The notes under the pieces: generated by a model | Database searches by the model: none | Told to the model about the DNA's origin: nothing | What the model saw: the letters and a program-made list of their open reading frames with translations, nothing else | Translations under genes and position numbers: made by a program | Part shown: piece after piece, positions 33,538 through 36,882 of the stretch | How positions within the stretch are numbered: the first letter of the stretch is position 1 | Layout: each line of letters opens with the position of its first letter | Assembly (NCBI GenBank): GCA_002256025.1 | Contig: NKIB01015265.1 | Coordinates: 1 to 36,882 of the forward strand | Reading direction: 5' to 3' | DNA: 36,882 nt | Source of the DNA: Asterionella formosa | Lineage: Eukaryota

Positions 33538-36510
33538 TTAAATAGCAGTGTTAAGAGCCACCATTTGCGTGGTATCCAGCAATAGGAGGTTACTTTGATT
33601 CTCGATGAAAGCAAGAGTGTACTTGTTACTGTCGCTGATCGTCCTCAATTCATCGTGTCGTGTTTGAACCGCTTTGTGCATGGCGCGCAGTGCCCTCATA
33701 AATGGTCCTCGTGACTTGTCAATAGCCATGCCATGCGTTTGAAGCAGTTCCAAGCACCAATGCAAATAAAACTCAACATGTGGGGATTCCGACATAGCTT
33801 TGGAAACAAACTGAAGGAGTCGTTCAAGATGCTCGGGTCCAATCGCTCTGACAACATGTGGAATAGTTGCAAAAGGCGTATCCTCGAGTACTTCCTTGAC
33901 CAAGGCAGACTCATTCAAATGCAAAGCCATCCGAAGGGCAGTACTGCAGTCCCCGGAAGCAAATTTAGCCTGGATAGTCGATGGGGTAATCTCTTCTGTC
34001 AAGGAGATCGGGTCAAACATCATGTCTTCATCTAATGAGTAAACATGGAGACCCTCACCAGACACGGCAGCCCATTCTCGGCCAGTTGAAGAAAAGGCAA
34101 CTTGTTGAGTGAGAACTTCAACTCGACTTTTGCGAGTACCATCATCGCCTCGCCGTGCTCCAGGCAAATTCAAAGCGTTGTATGTAGTTTCGTCTTCCGA
34201 ATCGGCCTCCTCATCAACAGGACCTCCACCAGCGAGGTTTTTGGAGTTGAGCTGTAAACGAGATGAAGGAATGAATAAAGTTAGGACGTGGTCAGCAATA
34301 CCAGCTATCTCAGGCAAAAAAAATTAGGGTGTGTTGCGCTCGGACATCCAAGGAAGTTAATTTCGCTCCATTGGGAATTAACCCGTCGGCGTTTCTGCGA
34401 ACGTTTATGGGAAAGTCATCATCATCGCACAAACCACACCATACAAGCAGCAAAAAACATAAATAAGGCTTTTACTCACCTCATCTAGTACTCCATCCAG
34501 CGATCGATTGAACGTGACTTGAAACTTCTTCAGAAGCATCTGTTGACTGACTTCGTATATACATACGTACTTCGAATTTCCTCCAGCCAAAACACAGCAT
34601 CCATCAGCAGAATAACAAACCGAGGTGAAGTATCGCGATGAAGCATTGTTGTCTGACGTCATCCGGTCGTTTATTTTCCTTCCTCCTGCAATGTCGCGTC
34701 GACCATCAATTTCAAACTTGAGCTTTGCACTCTCGACATCCCAGAAACTCAGTAGACCACCAATAGTTCCCGAGCAGACTTCTTTTCCATCAGGTCGAAA
34801 AGCCACACATACAACGTCAGAGGTGTGTTGCACACTCTCGGTCGCGATGTTTCCCTTGTAGAGATCCCAGAACTTGACCGTGCCATCCCAAGAAGCAGAA
34901 GCAAGACAGCCGCCACTGAGCTGGAAAGTGAGGTCGCAAACAGGGCCTTCATGTCCAGTCATAACATCGAGGAGTTTTCCAGTTTGAAGATTCCAAATGT
35001 ATATGTGAAAAGGACCAGCTGACCCAGCAGCGACAATCTCTCCACTCGGATCGACTGCCAAGCTCAAGAATTGAACAGGTGTTGGTGTCGTTAGAGTTTT
35101 AAAGGTACGGTAACGGTGCAGGTCATGAGCTCGAACAGTACCATCTAGGCTAGAGCTGAGGACGACACTTGAGTTTGCGAATCTGACAGCAGTAACTGGT
35201 GCTGTGTGAGACTGCTCCATGGTGACATAACAAAATCCACTGGTTGCATTCCATAGTTTCAATTTGCCGTCTTCACCACCAGTACATACAACTACACCAT
35301 CTGGAGAATACGCCATGGCTCGCATACCGTAAGCATGCCCACGCTGTTTAAGCACGTAAGTTTCAGATCTCCATTCCCAAACCAAGAGTTGCTGCGAACC
35401 AGGGCAACCCAGAGCAAGCCAATCTCCTGTGTCATTCAAAACAGCAGTTTTTATAACTTGATTGGATCCAACTGATAGAGTATGGATATTAGCAACGGAT
35501 GGAAGTTCGTAGAGACCGAAGAGACCCGAAGAAAAACCCACAACGAGAAGTTCTGCTTTTGCACAATATGATGTTGCTGTCACGTTGGCCCCTTCTTGAT
35601 GAAAATAATGGCGTGATCTTAGTGACCACGTCATCTTAACAAGATGATGGGCTTGGTTATCAGTATCATTATGAGCAGCTACAGCAATCGAGTTGTGAAG
35701 AGGACCACCCGAGAAAAACTCGAGAACATCATCAATTTTGGCTTCACTGTCGCCATCGGCATCTGGAAGGTCAACGTCGTCGTCGTCACTGTGTCGGCAC
35801 TGCCAGGTAACGAGTGCCCCATCTTCGCTAATGGTGTAACAAGAGTCAATTACTCTCCTGTTCTTTTCCATTTTCTGCGTGAAGTACGCACCGACGATGG
35901 GAGTCTTGTGTCCACTGAGAGTGACGGGCAGGTAGTTTCTGGTTGTTGTAACAGTCCATAAGCGGCAAGTACCATCACGGCTACCAGCGAGTAGGACAGT
36001 CGAGTCTGAGCTCCAATGAAGGGAAGTAACATCATCGGACTGGCCAGTGTAGGTTCTGTGTAGGACAAGGGGTGCGAACTCCTTTCGCATCTGACTCGGT
36101 GTGTGCCAGACCTGTACATGCTTTCCATGTGTTACAGCTAAGTAGCTACCGTCTGGACTAAATAGAACTTGTCTGACCTTTCTCTTGAATCTAAAGCGAT
36201 GCAGAACAATTCCTCGGTGAAAGTTGACCAGTAAAGCGTAGTTTTGAATGTCAACAACCAACAAAAGGGCATCATCGGGTGAAAGTGCCAGGCATCGAAT
36301 ATTGGATCTGGCCTCAATGGGAAGAGTTCTTACGGAATGAGCCTGGAGATCAATAACTTGTACACGATTAGAAACCGCGGAAATCAACGTGTTTCCCGAA
36401 GAAGAATACACAAGGTTTGCGCCACTTCCTTTCCCTGCCTGTGTTGCAGTTGAGTTCGGGTGTCCGTAGTAGGCACCGCAAAGTCGTTGGAGCTTGTAAT
36501 TGAACTTCAT
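33538..36510 (-). CDS. PWP2: Periodic tryptophan protein 2 (PWP2/Utp1), SSU processome WD40 protein; intron 34252-34479
   Basis: MKFNYKLQRLCGAYY start; QLLVWEWRSETYVLKQRGH; GTVRAHDLHRYRTFKT; IDGRRDI; the splice gives SLDGVLDE|LNSKNL; C-terminal Utp12-like HVEFYL.W domain. Confidence 0.96.
34335..34431 (-). ncRNA. U14: U14 (SNORD14-like) box C/D snoRNA, intronic in PWP2
   Basis: On the minus strand: terminal stem TGTGC/GCGCA; box C ATGATGA (34425-34419); domain A ACGTTCGCAG (34404-34395); internal hairpin GTTAATT..AATTAAC; domain B CTTCCTTGGATGT (34356-34344) directly before box D variant CCGA (34343-34340). Confidence 0.9.
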
Positions 36511-36882
36511 TCTTACAGATTTCACACTAGCCAGTCTATGCCAACGAAAGACAGCAAGTGCGGTATTCCAATTCGGCACCGGGTCAGGATGGGGATAGGT
36601 AACATTGCCGGCAAATCACAAGCACAGATCGAAATATATCCTAGCAAAATTATAAGGCAAACTTAAGGTGATGGAGTTCAGCCATCCTCTTCATGTTTGT
36701 TGCCAGGTGATGAGTGGCTCGAGAGACAATGAGCTCATATTCAATTTTCCACCCAAAAATCCCTCCTCCAACCTCCTTGGATGGTTTGAGAAAAAGAAGG
36801 TCCGGTAAAAGACGGTTTGTTGCGAAGAAGAAAAAAAAGGATACATGCATACCTGGATCTTATGCTGGATCTAACCTCTAAG

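Noticed and set aside
36511..36579. N-terminal extension of PWP2 in the ORF track
   Set aside because: It begins at a non-ATG codon; conserved PWP2 sequence starts at MKFNY (36510).

Overview
Eukaryotic nuclear DNA, most likely a pennate diatom. This is inferred from short GT-AG introns, a bipartite plastid presequence and stramenopile-type gene families. Ten host genes are supported: an ion-channel-like/class III cyclase fusion, RsmE, a secretory J-domain/B-lectin protein, FHIT-like HIT hydrolase, a plastid-targeted unknown protein, APC11, an A1 aspartic protease homologue, gamma-COP, a TRIC-like membrane protein and PWP2. Between them lie AT-rich transposon-derived blocks. Highlights: (1) a U14 box C/D snoRNA with a CCGA D box inside the PWP2 intron; (2) a 6.27-kb PIF/Harbinger element (10688-16960, 14-bp TIRs, TAA target duplication) carrying a decayed 2OG-Fe(II) dioxygenase-like gene, with the missing C-terminal half of a Harbinger transposase found inverted 11 kb away; (3) two apparent pseudoenzymes, a cyclase with both metal-binding Asp changed to Ala and an aspartic protease lacking its DTG motifs; (4) a ~550-bp foldback element and several tandem arrays. 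All calls are by eye from motifs; no database search was run.
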